From Octopus bimaculoides (Eukaryota): 64,000 nucleotides of DNA. The notes beneath the pieces are model-generated. The model was given only the letters and a program-made list of their open reading frames with translations. It did not search any database and had not been told where the DNA came from. Location: positions 108,750,029 through 108,814,028 of the forward strand of contig NC_068983.1 in assembly GCF_001194135.2 (NCBI RefSeq), in the 5' to 3' direction. The position numbers and the translations under genes are program-made. Positions 25,351-39,379 of the stretch are shown one piece after another; the first letter of the stretch is position 1; every line of letters starts with the position of its first letter.

Positions 25351-28300
25351 AGAAGAAATGCAAGAATACTAAAATATTGTCCTAAAATTTATCCAATAGC
25401 ATCAGGAAAATAAAAACGAATGAAACCAAAAAAAAAAAAAAAACATTGGCGAAATTGTTGGAATGTGTGCAGTACACAACATTCTCACAATACATATAAA
25501 TATGATCAGTAGAGTACAGTTCATATCAACAGACTACTTCTGTTCCTAAGTATTGAACACAAGAAATGCAAAACAATCTAAATAATACCAGTATTATTCA
25601 GCCAAAGGATAATAATTGGGAAATGCACACTTTAAATATATTGCATAAAAAGTACAAAAGATTACATGTGCAAAACTCTCCACCACCAGACATGAGTGGA
25701 TTGGTTCTCTATGAAAATGCCGACTATCTAACTAAAGGGTTGGACGTTATATATATATATATATATATATAAACATATATGCATACAGGTATAAATTAAA
25801 AGAGAAGGGGAAAGGTGGAGGAGAGAAAGGATATAATAAAGAAAGAGAGCCAGACTAGACACTAGTTTTTTGGTAGGTAGACCAATATATAGAGATATAT
25901 AAGCATATTCATCTATAAATATTTTTAAAATTTTATTTTTCTGACTAAATCGACGTTTTGAAATCTTTCCAAAATTTCATAGTAAAAGTGCAACACTGCT
26001 GTTCAAAATGGTAATAAAATTGTAACTTTATATTCTAACAGTGATTGATTTTCTTAATTCACTCCATTTAATGACTTATTTTCAAGTCTCTGAGACGATC
26101 TTTTGAATAATTTTACTTACATAAAAGTGAAACAGTAAATTTCAAAATCATTAGGCTTTTCTTTTTTTCTTTTTTTTGGTGTAAATTTAAACATTGTCTA
26201 CTTTTTTAGTAAAATATGTCCAACATAAGTAAAATTAATGTAAAATTTTGTTGTTTTATTTATTTCTTGTAGTGTTGAAGTGGTCAAAAAGGTAGATAGG
26301 ATGTTAAACAAAATGCCTGACAGCATTTAATCATGTCACATTATATTCAAAATTTAAAAACCGACAAGAATCCAGTTTATTGCTTATCCATTGAATATCA
26401 ATAAAATAACAGCCGTCTGCTGAATTCAAATCGGTTATAACATTCCCTTACAATTTCTTGCTTTGTACCAATGTGAGAAATCATCATCATTAGTATTAAC
26501 ATTGTAAGATAAATTAGTTGAAGAAAAAAGGAGAATACATGAAAATATTTGGACGTGAAGTACTGATGATAATGTATGAGGGTTAATGTAATTGACTATT
26601 TACATACACTTCAAATATTAGTATTGTCATATATCATTATTAATTTTGGCAAAATATCAGAGTTCCAGACTAATTATCCAGTCTGAGGTCTCAGTATTCA
26701 AATTTGCTTACCTGACTCTTCACGAAAATAATCATTAATAAAATAGGCTAAAGGGTACAATATTTTGATTTCAACTGCTTTTGTTATATCATTTTATAAT
26801 CGTTCTATTATTTTTTTCATTGGTCATGATATAAGTGATACCTTTTAGCAAGAATAGAAACCAGTGAATTTTTTTCCTTTAATCTTGTTTGTTTGACATT
26901 TAAATAGCAATGGTATGTAATTAGCTTTGTCTGGAGTTAGATCCATAGATTGCTTTAGGTTGTGGAATTAGAATACCAATGTGCTAAAATTAAAATAAAA
27001 AGTAAATTTCTTTATTGTTATATTAAATTTAAAGGTTATTTTATTATTATTATTTTGTTCTAATATGCAAAGTGTAATTATCAACAAATATATGCATCTA
27101 GAAGGATTAGAGTGAAACTTAAGATTATAAAACTGGTTTAGAATTATAATTAAAGAATATAAGTAATATCTTGTAAAACAATGTCTCTTGATAAAAATAT
27201 ATCACCATCATTTTTAATTAATTATAGAAAGTTTTCTCAAATATTCTGCAATAACAAAATAATTTTTCACTATATAAAAATAATTTCTTCATGATATCAA
27301 CTTTCTAATGATATAGAAAAATATGATTTGTAACATCCAAAATTGAGCAATTATTTTTATGGTGTTCTGACACCAATTCATAATCAATATTTAACATAAA
27401 GCATGAAATTTAAACTTCAATGAATTTCAGCTGGTGTTATTGATTTTAGCAAAAGAAGAAAAATAATAAAATCTAAGAAATTTTTTAAATAATTTCATAA
27501 AGTATTTTTCCCTCACTTATTAAAGAAAAAATATGTTCAGAACATTCAGAACTAATATCCTAATCGCAAAAAGGCATAAAGGCATTCTCTGACTAGTGTG
27601 ATTCAAGATGTAAGCATAAAAAAGAAGAAAAATGTACTTTTTAAAGTGAAATTCATGATCTAGAAATAGCAGTAATCTGCTGTGTTTAAGCAAGTGAGAG
27701 AGATATTAAGAATTAGAACTAGACTGGCATGTAATTGAAAAATTGTATTGTTTCTTTCATTTGTGGTTAAGATGGCATTAACTGATGGACACTTCATGAT
27801 AATTTACTGGTTCTGTAACCAAGAAATACAGTTATAAGAGGTATGAAGCACTTGTTCGTATCAAGCTACAGTTTTTAAATCTGTAGTTTATCTGAAGCCG
27901 TTCTGTTTTTATTGTTGGGCCAATAAGTTAGATCTTAGAATGTGCATTACTTATTTTAAAACTAGAGGCACTTTTAAAATAAGTTGAAAAGAATGACAAA
28001 GGGAGAAAAGAATTGAAAATAAAAACAAAAATTCAATTTGATTTAAATGGGCTGGAGCAGTATTGTTATTCACAAAAGAAATTAAAATATAGAACACTAA
28101 TGTTGTTTGTGATGTTTATTATTTTGACTGCCATAATTGATAGATGGATGATATTTTACATAGTGAGTGTCAGGAGAAAGTTTTCATTCTTTAATCTTAT
28201 TTTATAGTTTTCTACTGCTCTTTAATGCAAGATATTGTATCACACAGCAGTATCTTCCAATAATTATGTTAAACAGAGAGATATGTTAATCTGAACAAAG

Positions 28301-28677
28301 GTTGCTTTATAGTAATGTGTTCCAAGATTAAGTCCACTGTATATTACCTTAAACAAGTGTCTTTTACCATAGCTTCAGATGGAATAAAGAAAACCATGTG
28401 AAAGAAGATACGTGGGCAGAAACTATGTTGAATCCCATCAGATGAATAGCACTTGTTCTTGAGAGGTGGTCTTGAACTGTTGCCTTATTAATACTACCAC
28501 CTGACCATAGGCAGCTTTTAGTAGAGCATATTGCAGACATTTAAACCAGACCCTTGTTCTGAGGATTACTTGATATTTCCATGCAAGGTGCTACTGTAGT
28601 AAATCTAAAGTTGCAGCTTTGTCTGCATTTCTTGTGGCAGTTTCAGGAGCTCCGTTTAGATCATGGCCATTGTCACC

Positions 28678-30739
28678 AAATGTTCACCCAACTTCTATAA
28701 TTCTTAGTTCTAAATACAATTCAAAATTTTAGTAAAGTTCTGGAATTTTTGTTACTAATACAAGACAAGGAAAAGATTGATATACTTTGAATGAAAGGAT
28801 ACATTTTCTCTTTCAGTATTTTATTTATTTGCTGACTCAAAAAAGATTAAAATGTTCAAAACTTGTTATGACTATTCTGGAGAGAAATGATAGGAATTCT
28901 GACTGAAATTAATATTTCTTCAAATTTTGAATTAAAATAGTATTTCTTTAAAATTTTAAGATAAAATAGTATTGCTTAATGTTTTAAAATAAAATAATAT
29001 TTCTTAAAAATAATCACACATTAACATTAACTAAAAAAGCTACCTGTCCAAATTGTTTCTAAATTATTAACATAAGATTTATTGTCATTTGACAAAAGCC
29101 ATAAAAGATTCTGTTAAAGTTTTCAACTAATGGAAGATTTGATACCATAAGGAAGGGCTAACAAAACTTTTGTCACTAAACAAGGTAACTGAAGCAAAGA
29201 GTTAAAAGATATATATATATATATCTGCATGTTATTAGTTCACAGATAGGTTTACACCTAGCCATTGAGCTAAATATTTTGCCAAGCACATAGAAAGCAT
29301 TAATGGATAACATCATTCTTTATAATTCATAATAATTCAGGTTTCTTTATTTTATATTAAGACCATGTCTGAAATTTGAACCATAGCTTTTTGATTTTCT
29401 TAGTCTAGAACTATGAAATAATTTATCTTCATAAAAGGAAAAATGTTGTCATAAAGTGATAAAAGATGTTTATGTCTATGAATATTGGTTGACCAATCAG
29501 CATTGGCTGACTTACTATTTTTTATACAGTAAACTTCAAAGTAACAAGTTTTTCTGCCAGCCAGTTTGACTGAAGATTTTACAAGCTGACTTACAGTTAT
29601 AAAAACAGGAAAATTCAACCTTAGGCTAGAGAACCACTAAGCTATCTAGGGGAGTCTATTTTACTAGTTTTAATTAATTGTTCTCTCTCCTCCTCTTTCA
29701 CTTTTCTTACATAATAGGCATATATCATGCTTGACAAAAGGCACAAACCTTAACCTATAGTATAAAATAATGTACATTAATTATATGCAGTGATGTAAGT
29801 TCTATAATATTAGCCAGCAGGTTATATACAGAAGATGCCTAACCAGTATGTTCACTGAACTTTGTTTCATTAATTTATTGGGTATACATTTGTAAATATA
29901 ACAAAGTGAAATGATAAGATACTTGAAAATTCAATTTAACTCCACATACAACATACTTCATGTTGTGAAAAGCCAACAAAGAATATATGAATAACCACCA
30001 CACTAAAGCTTTATAACTGGCATAAATGCTGTTTCTAAAACAAACAGACAATAAATTTTCAAGAATCACTTTTTGAATACAATACTAAGCTACCTTATTG
30101 CTCATCAGTTGTAAGAGGAAGTATGAGGAAGTATGAAGTTGTATGAGGAAGTAGCATGAGGAAGTTCTATGAGGTTGTATGAGGAAGTAGCAAAGCCAGG
30201 CTTCAGTCATATATAATTTCTTCTGAGATGTGACAGTTCAGTTGCTGCTAACGCCAATAATCATATATTAAAACATGTATGATCATAACTGCAATGATGA
30301 TCGAGGATATAGTAATCATGAAAATCAAATGACAAAAAATCTTATGTTAATAATTTAGAAACAATTTGGACAGGTAGCTTCTTTAGTTAATGTTAATGTG
30401 TGATTATTTTTAAGAAATACTATTTTATTTTAAAACATTAAGCAATACTATTTTATCTTAAAATTTTAAAGAAATACTATTTTAATTCAAGATTTGAAGA
30501 AATATTAATTTCAGTCAGAATTCCTATCATTTCTCTCCAGAATAGTCATAACAGGTTTAGAACATTTTAATCTTTTTTGAGTCAGCAAATAAATAAAATA
30601 CTGAAAGAGAAAATGTATCCTTTCATTCAAAGTATATCAATCTTTTCCTTGTCTTGTATTAGTAACAAACATTCCAGAACTTTACTAAAATTTTGAATTG
30701 TATTTAGAACTAAGAATTATAAAAGTTGGGTGAACATTT
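28678..30739. repeat. Long inverted repeat: 415-bp arms 28678-29092 and 30325-30739, 1232-bp spacer
   Basis: Manual alignment gives 8 substitutions and no indels over 415 bp (about 98%). The arms contain three taaaatagtatt-like subrepeats spaced about 29 bp apart. No TSD found. Confidence 0.97.
30113..30192. repeat. Short imperfect tandem repeat (atgaggaagt)n inside the inverted-repeat spacer
   Basis: Seen directly. Confidence 0.85.
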
Positions 30740-32439
30740 TAGTGCTAATCTTTGATGAAATGCTATGACTGATATAAGGTCAGTTTCCCAATTGATCTCA
30801 TTTTATTTGTATTTTATTTTGATATGAGAAAATATGAGATTATTTCTAAAATAATTTTCATCAATGTGTTTAAATTGATTTAATATGAATATGTTTCACT
30901 TGATAAGAGACTGGATTTCAGATGCAAAGAAAAAGACCAGTGAAAATTAGTTTAACTGAGCTAATCTGTTCAGAATTAACTTGTTAAGTGAAGCCTAATT
31001 GCATTAGAATTACTAAATTTAATCAATAACTTGAATATTCAATCTAGTATTGGCAATATTTGTGTGTTTTAAGAGAGAAAATACCTTTACTGTGTTGAAG
31101 GACTGGAACTTCATGAAACACACTAAATCTAAATCTAATCTGAAATTTCCTTTATTCAAAAAGGTTATAGTCAAATATTAATTCATAAAAATGAATTATT
31201 TGAAAAATTAATATCTGAAAGATATTAAGAATAGTGAAATTTGAATTGAGAAAAGTAAAACATCGAGTTCAGGGCATTGTAATTCTGTATTCCTGCTAGA
31301 ATTAACATTCATCATCCTGAGATACCATTGAGCATATTTGAGTCAAGAAGTCAAAATATTAGAATTTGGATCTATTGCTCAAAAGAAAAAATAATTTTGC
31401 TGGTAAGATTAATGTACAACATGGTTTAACACCATCATCTGACTTTTGAGTAACTAAGTGAATTTTGTTTTGTTGTAAGCATTTGGATAAGGCCTACACA
31501 GTCTTTCAAAGTTGCATCATTATACGTTCCTTTGTGTGGTTCTAGTAATTTTAGATGTACCCTTGAGGATGTCTTATAGGTTGGTACATATTGTTGTAAC
31601 TTTCGATTGGAGCTTCTCCTCAGTCAGGACAAAATTTCAAAAGTCCCATTCAAAACATTTAGATTTTTAATTGAGTTAGCTGACTTTTTCATCACTTTGT
31701 ACTAATTAAAACATAATTTTCTAAAATCATTAAAAAATATTAAACAAAAGTTAATCATTCCACAGGACAATTCATTCTTTTCTACATGAAGTATCACCCT
31801 AATAGATTATTAAGACAGAAATTATATTAAATTTTCTTAACTATGACAAAAATATTTCATTCCATATCTTTAATCCCTCTGAATCCTCCATGCATCACCA
31901 TGTATTTCAATAAAACATAAATAAGAATATATCATAGATACAGAAAAATCAGTTATGTATGGATATACTGAATGATATATGGGAAAAATTCTGAAGAAAT
32001 TGAAGTTTTTCTTTTAGTAGTAAAACAAAAACTTTCCAGTATTGATTAGTAACACACAAAGAATAGAGAAGATAATTTCAATAAATCAATATCTATATTA
32101 AAAACATGTCACTGCATGAGGGAGAGAGAATCTATTTGAAAGAGAGATAGCTAAGTAGATATGGATAAATAAAAAGAAGAGAGCGAGTTTGTAGAGACAT
32201 AAGTACAGCAATTGACTGTAAAAAAAGTGCCTAAATACTATATTTGTCTAACCTATGCTAGCATAGAGAAAAGGGACAAAAATGAATGGAAAGGAAAATG
32301 AACGTTCCCATATGGTGCTTTTTATGAGATAATACAGATTTTATTTCAGTCTGATCACACTAATTCTAACAAAATTTACTTAGAAGTACAATAACATCAA
32401 GCAACTTTGCATATACCTAACCACCAAATTTCTCCTGCT

Positions 32440-32760
32440 TCAAGGAAAGGCTGTGTAGCATTCATATAAACCTCACTCCCCTTGTCTAAGAAAATGACAA
32501 TGCTAAAATCCCATAGGACTTTATGATACAGATTTCACCAGATACTACAAATACTACATCATTTGCAATGACAAAAACCACATTAACATAGTAATTATTA
32601 ATATGCCAATAAAAAATTGCTATCATGATGCACAGAAGCAACCTGAAGAGCTACAGAATTACACTGACCTAGCTGTTGAAATAAGACATTGTGGCAATAA
32701 AGGAACATTTTTACCATCCCATCAGTAATTAACATGATTGGAATTATATACAATCATTTC
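32440..32760 (+). pseudogene. Old RLE-type LINE endonuclease fragment
   Basis: ENDNAKIP*DFMIQ matches ENRNAKILWDFMIQ of the 38.5-kb copy; downstream ELQNYTDLAVEI resembles the RLE C-terminal KYxDLAxEI motif. Confidence 0.55.
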
Positions 32761-34849
32761 TGAAAAGAAATTGTCAGGTTACCTGTATGGGTAGATACAG
32801 GTACATTCTAAGAAATATTAATGTGAATAATGTCAAGATATTCTCAGAAAATAATTCTTAGCCAACAACATTTTAAACATTGAGTTCATTTAAACCCTTT
32901 TCCAAAATGCAGCTAATTGTGATTTAAAACAGAATGTATTTGATATACTATTTCTAACATAAATAGCAAATATAACAATAAAATTGATAATAGTAAGCAA
33001 TAAGATGGTAAAAAAACAGACATACTGCAGACCTAGTTTATGATACTAGCTTATGATAGAGTAGCATTTTAAATGTTCAGTGACTGAATTGTTTCATGCT
33101 ATATTTTGAACTAATTGAAATTCCTAACAAACATCAGCATCTTTTAAAGAAAATTCGTTTCAGTAAGTTGAATACAAATTCTTTTTCATCAAATAAGTTT
33201 TAAGATTTTTACAGTATATGCTTTGGTCTGCTCTCAGTCTTCAAACAGTTTTCTAATAAACTCACATTGCATAAACCATTTAAAAAAAAATTTGTAATGT
33301 AAGTTTGGCTACTTTAAACAGAAGGTAGTCATTCAGATATCAAATATTGTCAATAGTTGGCCTCACTCAGTGATTGCTTTGTCATAAATGTTTTAAAATT
33401 TTATCTTTATTCACTACAAAGGAAACTTTTAAATTTGTTTTGCAACATTTAGCTTTTTAGATTTTCAGTTTCCAAGTTTTATCTTTAAATATTAAAAATA
33501 AGATATCCCTATACAGAATGCAACTGAAATATCCAAACTTTTGCCTGGAGTAAATTGCAAACCAATTCTAAGCTTATAAGTTTGTGATATCTTTCTTCAA
33601 ATTTTTCAAATGTGTGCAAGTTCGAGGAAAAAAAATAAAAACTTGAATTTCATAGGTTACTAATTATTTTACTAGTATATTCATTTAAAAATTTCAATCA
33701 TAATTTTTTTTTTATTATAGTTTAAGAAAGTCTTGAAGGTAATATTCACACCATAAGAATCATTCCTAGCTTTATTTTTAAAGTATTTAGTCCCCAGGAA
33801 CATATACAGAAAATACTTTTACATGGAAAATGTATTAAGAAGTTATAGAATATAATTTGATGAATTTGTATGTTAAATATATAATCAAGGTAGAATTATA
33901 ATTAAAAAAAATTAATATTTTTCGTTTCACTACTTGGGAAATAATGAAGCCGGAGATTTCAAAGAAATAGTTTCTAAAGTTCATGTTACTAAATATAAAT
34001 GTTTCATTGAGTACGAACATGAAGATGGCATAAAAATGTAAAAGGTTTTTGAAATAATGAAGTATGCAACTTTGAGCCCAGTCTTAATGTTGAATTAATA
34101 GTAATCTAACTGCAGATATGATCAAAATAATTATTTATTCTTTTGAATATCTAAACCTTCTCTATTCACTAAATTTCATTACTTAGGCTAATTTACATTT
34201 AAAGAACATTTCTGGATAGATAGTAACATTCTCAGAATGCAACATTTAGAGAAAAGAATTTGAAACAGGGCGATCATACAATGCTACTTCATTTCCTCAA
34301 TAATCTGGATGCTTTGGAAGCAACTACATCAATAGAATGAGGCTAATAAATAGATGTTATTGTAGCACTGGTTTAGATTAAGATTAACTATCACTAGAAA
34401 TAAACTTACAACTTTTAAAAGTTAACTGCATTTGAAGTTGCTAGGAAAAATGAAAAGTGTATTAAAGACGGAGAGTAAACTCTAAATAAAATTAGTGTGG
34501 AAAGCATAAGGTTCTAAATCTGTTAGCTGTAATATCTTCTTAAAACTAAAAATTTCCTCAATAGTTTGTATAGCAAAGAAAATGAATCATCAAGTAAAAT
34601 AAAAACGATTATTTATTTTGACCAGAAATATTTTGGGAATGGATTTTAGGTGGACGAATTAACTTCAATAAAACACTAAATATATTTACTTGCGATTGAT
34701 GAAACAAAATTTCAAATCTAGTAAGATTTCAACTGAAAACCAAAAGTTACCAAACTAAGTTGAATCAAATCTTTTCTCTACATAAGTACCTTCTTTAATG
34801 CCACACTTATGATGGTGGCGAAGATGATAATGACGACAATTTATGAGTA

Positions 34850-35010
34850 GAGTTTTGGGTATGGTTGGGGCAAGATTAATCAATTCAACTGGCTCCAATA
34901 TTTCTTTGATCACCCCATAAATAAGAAAAGCAAAGTTGATTTCAGCTGGATTTGAACTCATAATACTAAGTTCACTACAATGCAGGTTATCCAACTCCAC
35001 ATGATTCATC
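34850..35010 (-). mobile_element. Decayed family A SINE
   Basis: gcaaagttgatttcagctggatttgaactca core. Confidence 0.5.
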
Positions 35011-36857
35011 TAAGCCACCATCCTATGATAATAATAATGATATTGTGTGGTTTTGAGGATATTAGATGCCAACATTACATATATATATATATATGGTATT
35101 GCAAAATACAGCTGTGCACTTTTAGATTTCTAGGTTATTAAATTCATCTTGCCATTTACTTATAATACATTAGTTTGGTATATACTCTGTTCATATAGAG
35201 GTTTGGATCTTTGTTATCCATAAACATTTCAACACTGATAACTAGTACACTATACTTATGATAAATTAATAGTATAAGTGAAAAATACTTTGAACAAGAT
35301 GTATTTAGTGTTTAACATTGTGTCAGCCCAGATCATACAGATGTAAGATTTAAAATTTTTTATGAACATAATGTCTTGTGCAACTAGAGCTATATTTACC
35401 AACATGTCTTTCATTTTCTGAAGACAGTGTAAGTCATTTGAGGGTAATTTGGTTGCTATTTGTTGCAGGTTAAATGAGTGTTGAAAGGCAAGACTGTATG
35501 TAACAATGGATCACATAATCCATAGTAATAATGTCACTGAAAACTTCCTTCTTGTGTAGTGAACCTCATCATGTCAACTCAACCTAATGTAATATGTAAC
35601 TGCATGAAAAAAGTGTATTGGGTTCATCTGCTTGTTTAAGCTCCAAATAAATGTCAGCAAAAATTGTGTCAATGACAAAACAGTGCATTTAGTCTTTTCA
35701 CAGGGTGATATTGAAATTTTAGTTAGAAAAAATCCTTTTCGTCAGAATATATCCATTTAGTAAAATATAAGGATACTACAGAAAACATTGAAGACTTTCA
35801 AACTTTCCTATGTCTTTAGAATTATTTAGAAAGAATTGTATTGCATTGTGCAAACAGAAAAACAATTCAAATGACAGAATTCTAACATCAGATTTATAAC
35901 ATGAGAAATTCTTCTGCATTTATTAAGCTTTTTTTTTCATTTTAAAGTAATTCATGTTGTGAGAAGTGGCATGTATACAAGAAAATGTAAATGCTTAATC
36001 AGCTCATAAAACAAAAGTAGTGAATCATGGCCATCTATATTTTAATATCCTGAAAGATTACTCTATTTACATTATGAATTGTAAAATATGTTCTACACAA
36101 GCTGTCTTCTTTATGTTACAAGAATTCTTTGGCGTCAATATGGAAAATGCATGTTTATATTTCCATATCCATGCATATTTATTACTTTGATTGATTAGAG
36201 TTGGTGAAGATGTTTTATCATGATAATAATTATGACTGTGTGAAAATATTTTCATATTCTTATATATGTATCTATATAAATATGCATATGTATGTATACA
36301 TATATGTATATAAATCATAGAGAAAGACTTAGACACATACAAGCACACTCACACAACTGCAATCACAAATATCTTTAATCAGATCTGTATTTTTAAATAT
36401 TTGTCAAATTTCAAAGGAATATGTAACAATTCCAATGTTTTTATTTTTAAATCTGATTATACCAATCTTTTCCATATTTCCTGTTACCAATTTTCAATAT
36501 TTCTTTATTGAAAACAGAGAAGAAAAAAAGAAGTGAAAATAAAAAAAACTTGTCAAGAGATAAAGTAAATTTAAGATTGTTATATTTTTGACAAATATTT
36601 AATATATCTATCAAAGAAGTAAATTGTAGATTTCAAAAATATCACTCAGCAATAGTCTGCAGTAAGTGTACAGTATGCAATTATTAATGGAGTGAAAGTA
36701 AATAAAATAGTTGAGTCATATAAATAGATGAAAAAATAACATATTTATATTGACATAAGGCCTACAATTTAGAAAAAAAATCAGCATTTGTACATCACAG
36801 GTATATATTTCCATGTAAAAATACTTAACAAGTGTATTATTTCACTATTTTATGTCT

Positions 36858-36921
<64 letters not shown>

Positions 36922-36938
36922 GTAATAATAATAATAAT
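36858..36938. repeat. (AAT)n microsatellite
   Basis: Seen directly. Confidence 0.97.
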
Positions 36939-37148
36939 GGTTTCAAATTTTGCCACACGGGCAGCCATTTTGGAGAGGGGATAAGTCGATTACATCGACC
37001 CAGTGTTTTACTGGTACTTAATTTATCGACCTCAAAAGAATGAAAGACAAAGTTGAACTTGGCGGTATTTGAACTTAGAATGTAATGGCAGATGAAATAC
37101 TGCTAAGCATTTTGTTTGGAGTGCTAACAATTCTGCCAGCTTGCCACC
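36939..37148 (-). mobile_element. tRNA-derived SINE (family A)
   Basis: gaatgaaagacaaagttgaacttggcggtatttgaacttag...gctaacaattctgccagcttgccacctt is the reverse complement of family A; lies between two (AAT)n tracts. Confidence 0.85.
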
Positions 37149-37229
37149 TTAATAATAATAATGATAATGATAATAATAATGATGATGATAATAATAATAA
37201 TAATAATGATAATAATAATAATAATAATA

Positions 37230-37935
37230 CCTTAGGAATGAACAAGTGCCTCCACTGTTCCGCATCTGCAATAGAGTAGATGAGACTATTGCCCATATCA
37301 TAAACAAATGCCCTAGACTTGCCCAAAACCACTACAAGTTGTGGTGACACGACCAGGTAGTGAAAGTGCTGCATTGGAAACTGTGAAGTGGGGGCTAGAT
37401 AGAGGGAAGATGTGGTATGAGCACAAACTGCAGAGAGTGATGGAGTCAGAGACTAGCAAAATCCTCTGGAATTTCCCAATCCAAACAGATCAGGTGCTAG
37501 AGAATAACAGACCAGACCTAGTGGTGGTGGACAAGGTGCACCACACATGCTATATAGTTGATGTTGCATGCCTATTTTACCCACAAATAGTCAAGAAGAA
37601 AGGTTATAAGATAGCTAGATACAACCCTCTTAAGTACGAAATAGCCTGGCTATGGAAAATGAAGAAGGTGAAGATAGTGCTAATTATTGTTGCATCCTTA
37701 GGAACAGTATCAGAAGGAATCAAGAGGAATATAGAGGAAATTTTAATAGAGTGCCCAGTAGAACTATTACAAATCGTTTGCCTCCTTGACATGGGCAGAA
37801 TAATCAGGAAAGTATTATATAGCTGAAAAGAGCAGATAGCATGGTAGTGCAGGCTGCAGGTAGTAAGCCCACTATGCATTCAAGACTCCAGGAGCTCCAA
37901 CAAAATGTGTAATAAAGAGAAAATAATAATAATAT
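37230..37935 (+). mobile_element. 5'-truncated RLE-type non-LTR retrotransposon (R4/Dong-like), copy 1
   Basis: CLHC...ETIAHIINKC knuckle; WYEHKLQRVMESETSKILWNFPIQTDQVLENNRPDLVVVDK...IVDVAC...RYNPLKYEIAWLW...LGTV; stop at 37824-37826; ends in aataataataat. Confidence 0.9.
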
Positions 37936-37949
37936 AATCCTTTTTACTA

Positions 37950-39040
37950 TAGGTACATACAGACTGTATGTACCAAGAAAAAGAGTAGGAAAAGGACTGA
38001 TTGGATGCGAACACAGCGTTAGAGCAGAAGAAAACAACAAAGCATGGTGTGTAAAAGAATGCCACAGAACCGTTATTACTAGAAGTAAGAAGGTCAGGCT
38101 TGTGTAGGATGAAAGATTGCAAAGATAAAGCACTATACAAGAAATTGAAAACGAGTGAAACTGAAAATAGGTGGGTAAAGAAAAGAATGCATGGTCAATT
38201 TCATAGGGATGTTGAAGATAAGACAGACAGAGAAAAAACATGGCTGTGGATGACTAAAAGTGATTTAAAACCGGAAATGGAGGTTCTAATCTGTGCTGCC
38301 CAAGAGCAAGCACTAAGAACAAACTACATAAAATACAGAATACACAACACATCGGAAAGTGATAAGTGCAGAATGTGTGGACAAAACAGTGAAACCACAT
38401 GGCATATTACCAGCCAATGTATGCCATTAGCCCAGAAGGAATATAAGAGATGCCACAACAATATAGCTAGGCTTGTCCATTGGACACTTTGCAACAAGTA
38501 TGGACTTGACAGAGCAAAAGATTGGTACGACCACAAACCTGCCAGCATTGTTGAAAATAGAAATGCAAAGATCCTATGGGATTTTATGATTCAGTGTGAC
38601 CATGAGATTGAGAATAGGAAGCTGGACATAGTCTTAATTGAGAAAGAAAACAAACTATGCTAGATCATAGACATAGCATGCCCAACTGAAAACAAGGTAT
38701 GTGATAAGGAAGAAGGAATAGTCTAGAGATATAACAGGTTAGCTTGGGGAGTTAAGCAGTTGTGGTCGATGAGAAAGGTAGCAGTAGTACCAATAATTGT
38801 CGGAGCCCTGGGAACAGTGAGCAAAAATCTCAAGAAGTATGTGGAACAAATAGGGGCTGCAATAAGGGTGGAGCACTGGCAGAAAACAACACTACTTGGA
38901 ACCACTCGAATACTCCAGAAGGTACTCGAAAAATAAGAGGTATTACCTTAGTTCACTGGTAGTGAAAATCTGACACTGTAGTACATCTCCAGCGTTAGAA
39001 GCCGTGCAAAGGCAATAATAATAATAATAATAATAATAAT
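37950..39040 (+). mobile_element. 5'-truncated RLE-type non-LTR retrotransposon (R4/Dong-like), copy 2
   Basis: RLYVPRK..GKGL; MHGQF; LICAAQEQALRT; CCHC knuckle CRMC-X8-H-X4-C (38367-38420); KILWDFMIQCD...IIDIACP...VPIIVGALGTV; stop at 38934-38936; (AAT)n tail at 39014-39040. Confidence 0.93.
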
Positions 39041-39379
39041 GAGAAGAAGAAGAAGAAAAAGAAGAATAGACAAAGTGGAGAGTGTGATGCAATTATAATA
39101 GATATTTTATTAGTTGAATGATATTTCAATAGCAGGCCTGTCTTTGTTGAGTTCAAAATAAAAAGTGATAAAAATTCAAAATTATAGAAATTCAAATCTA
39201 AACTATGAACGAGAACAACCAGCGTCCACACATTGATGGAATGACATCATTAGTCATAAAGTTTCAATTTTATAACTGGCAAAAAGGAAAAGACAGAAAA
39301 AAAGGAAAGAAAACAGAAAAGGATAAATAAGAAGAATATTTAATCAAACAGTTTTGTATAAATTTGATGATATTCTCTC

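Noticed and set aside
36939-39040. Family A SINE as the partner of the RLE LINE
   Set aside because: In sense orientation the SINE ends in (ATT)n while the LINE ends in (AAT)n, and I saw no shared 3' sequence.
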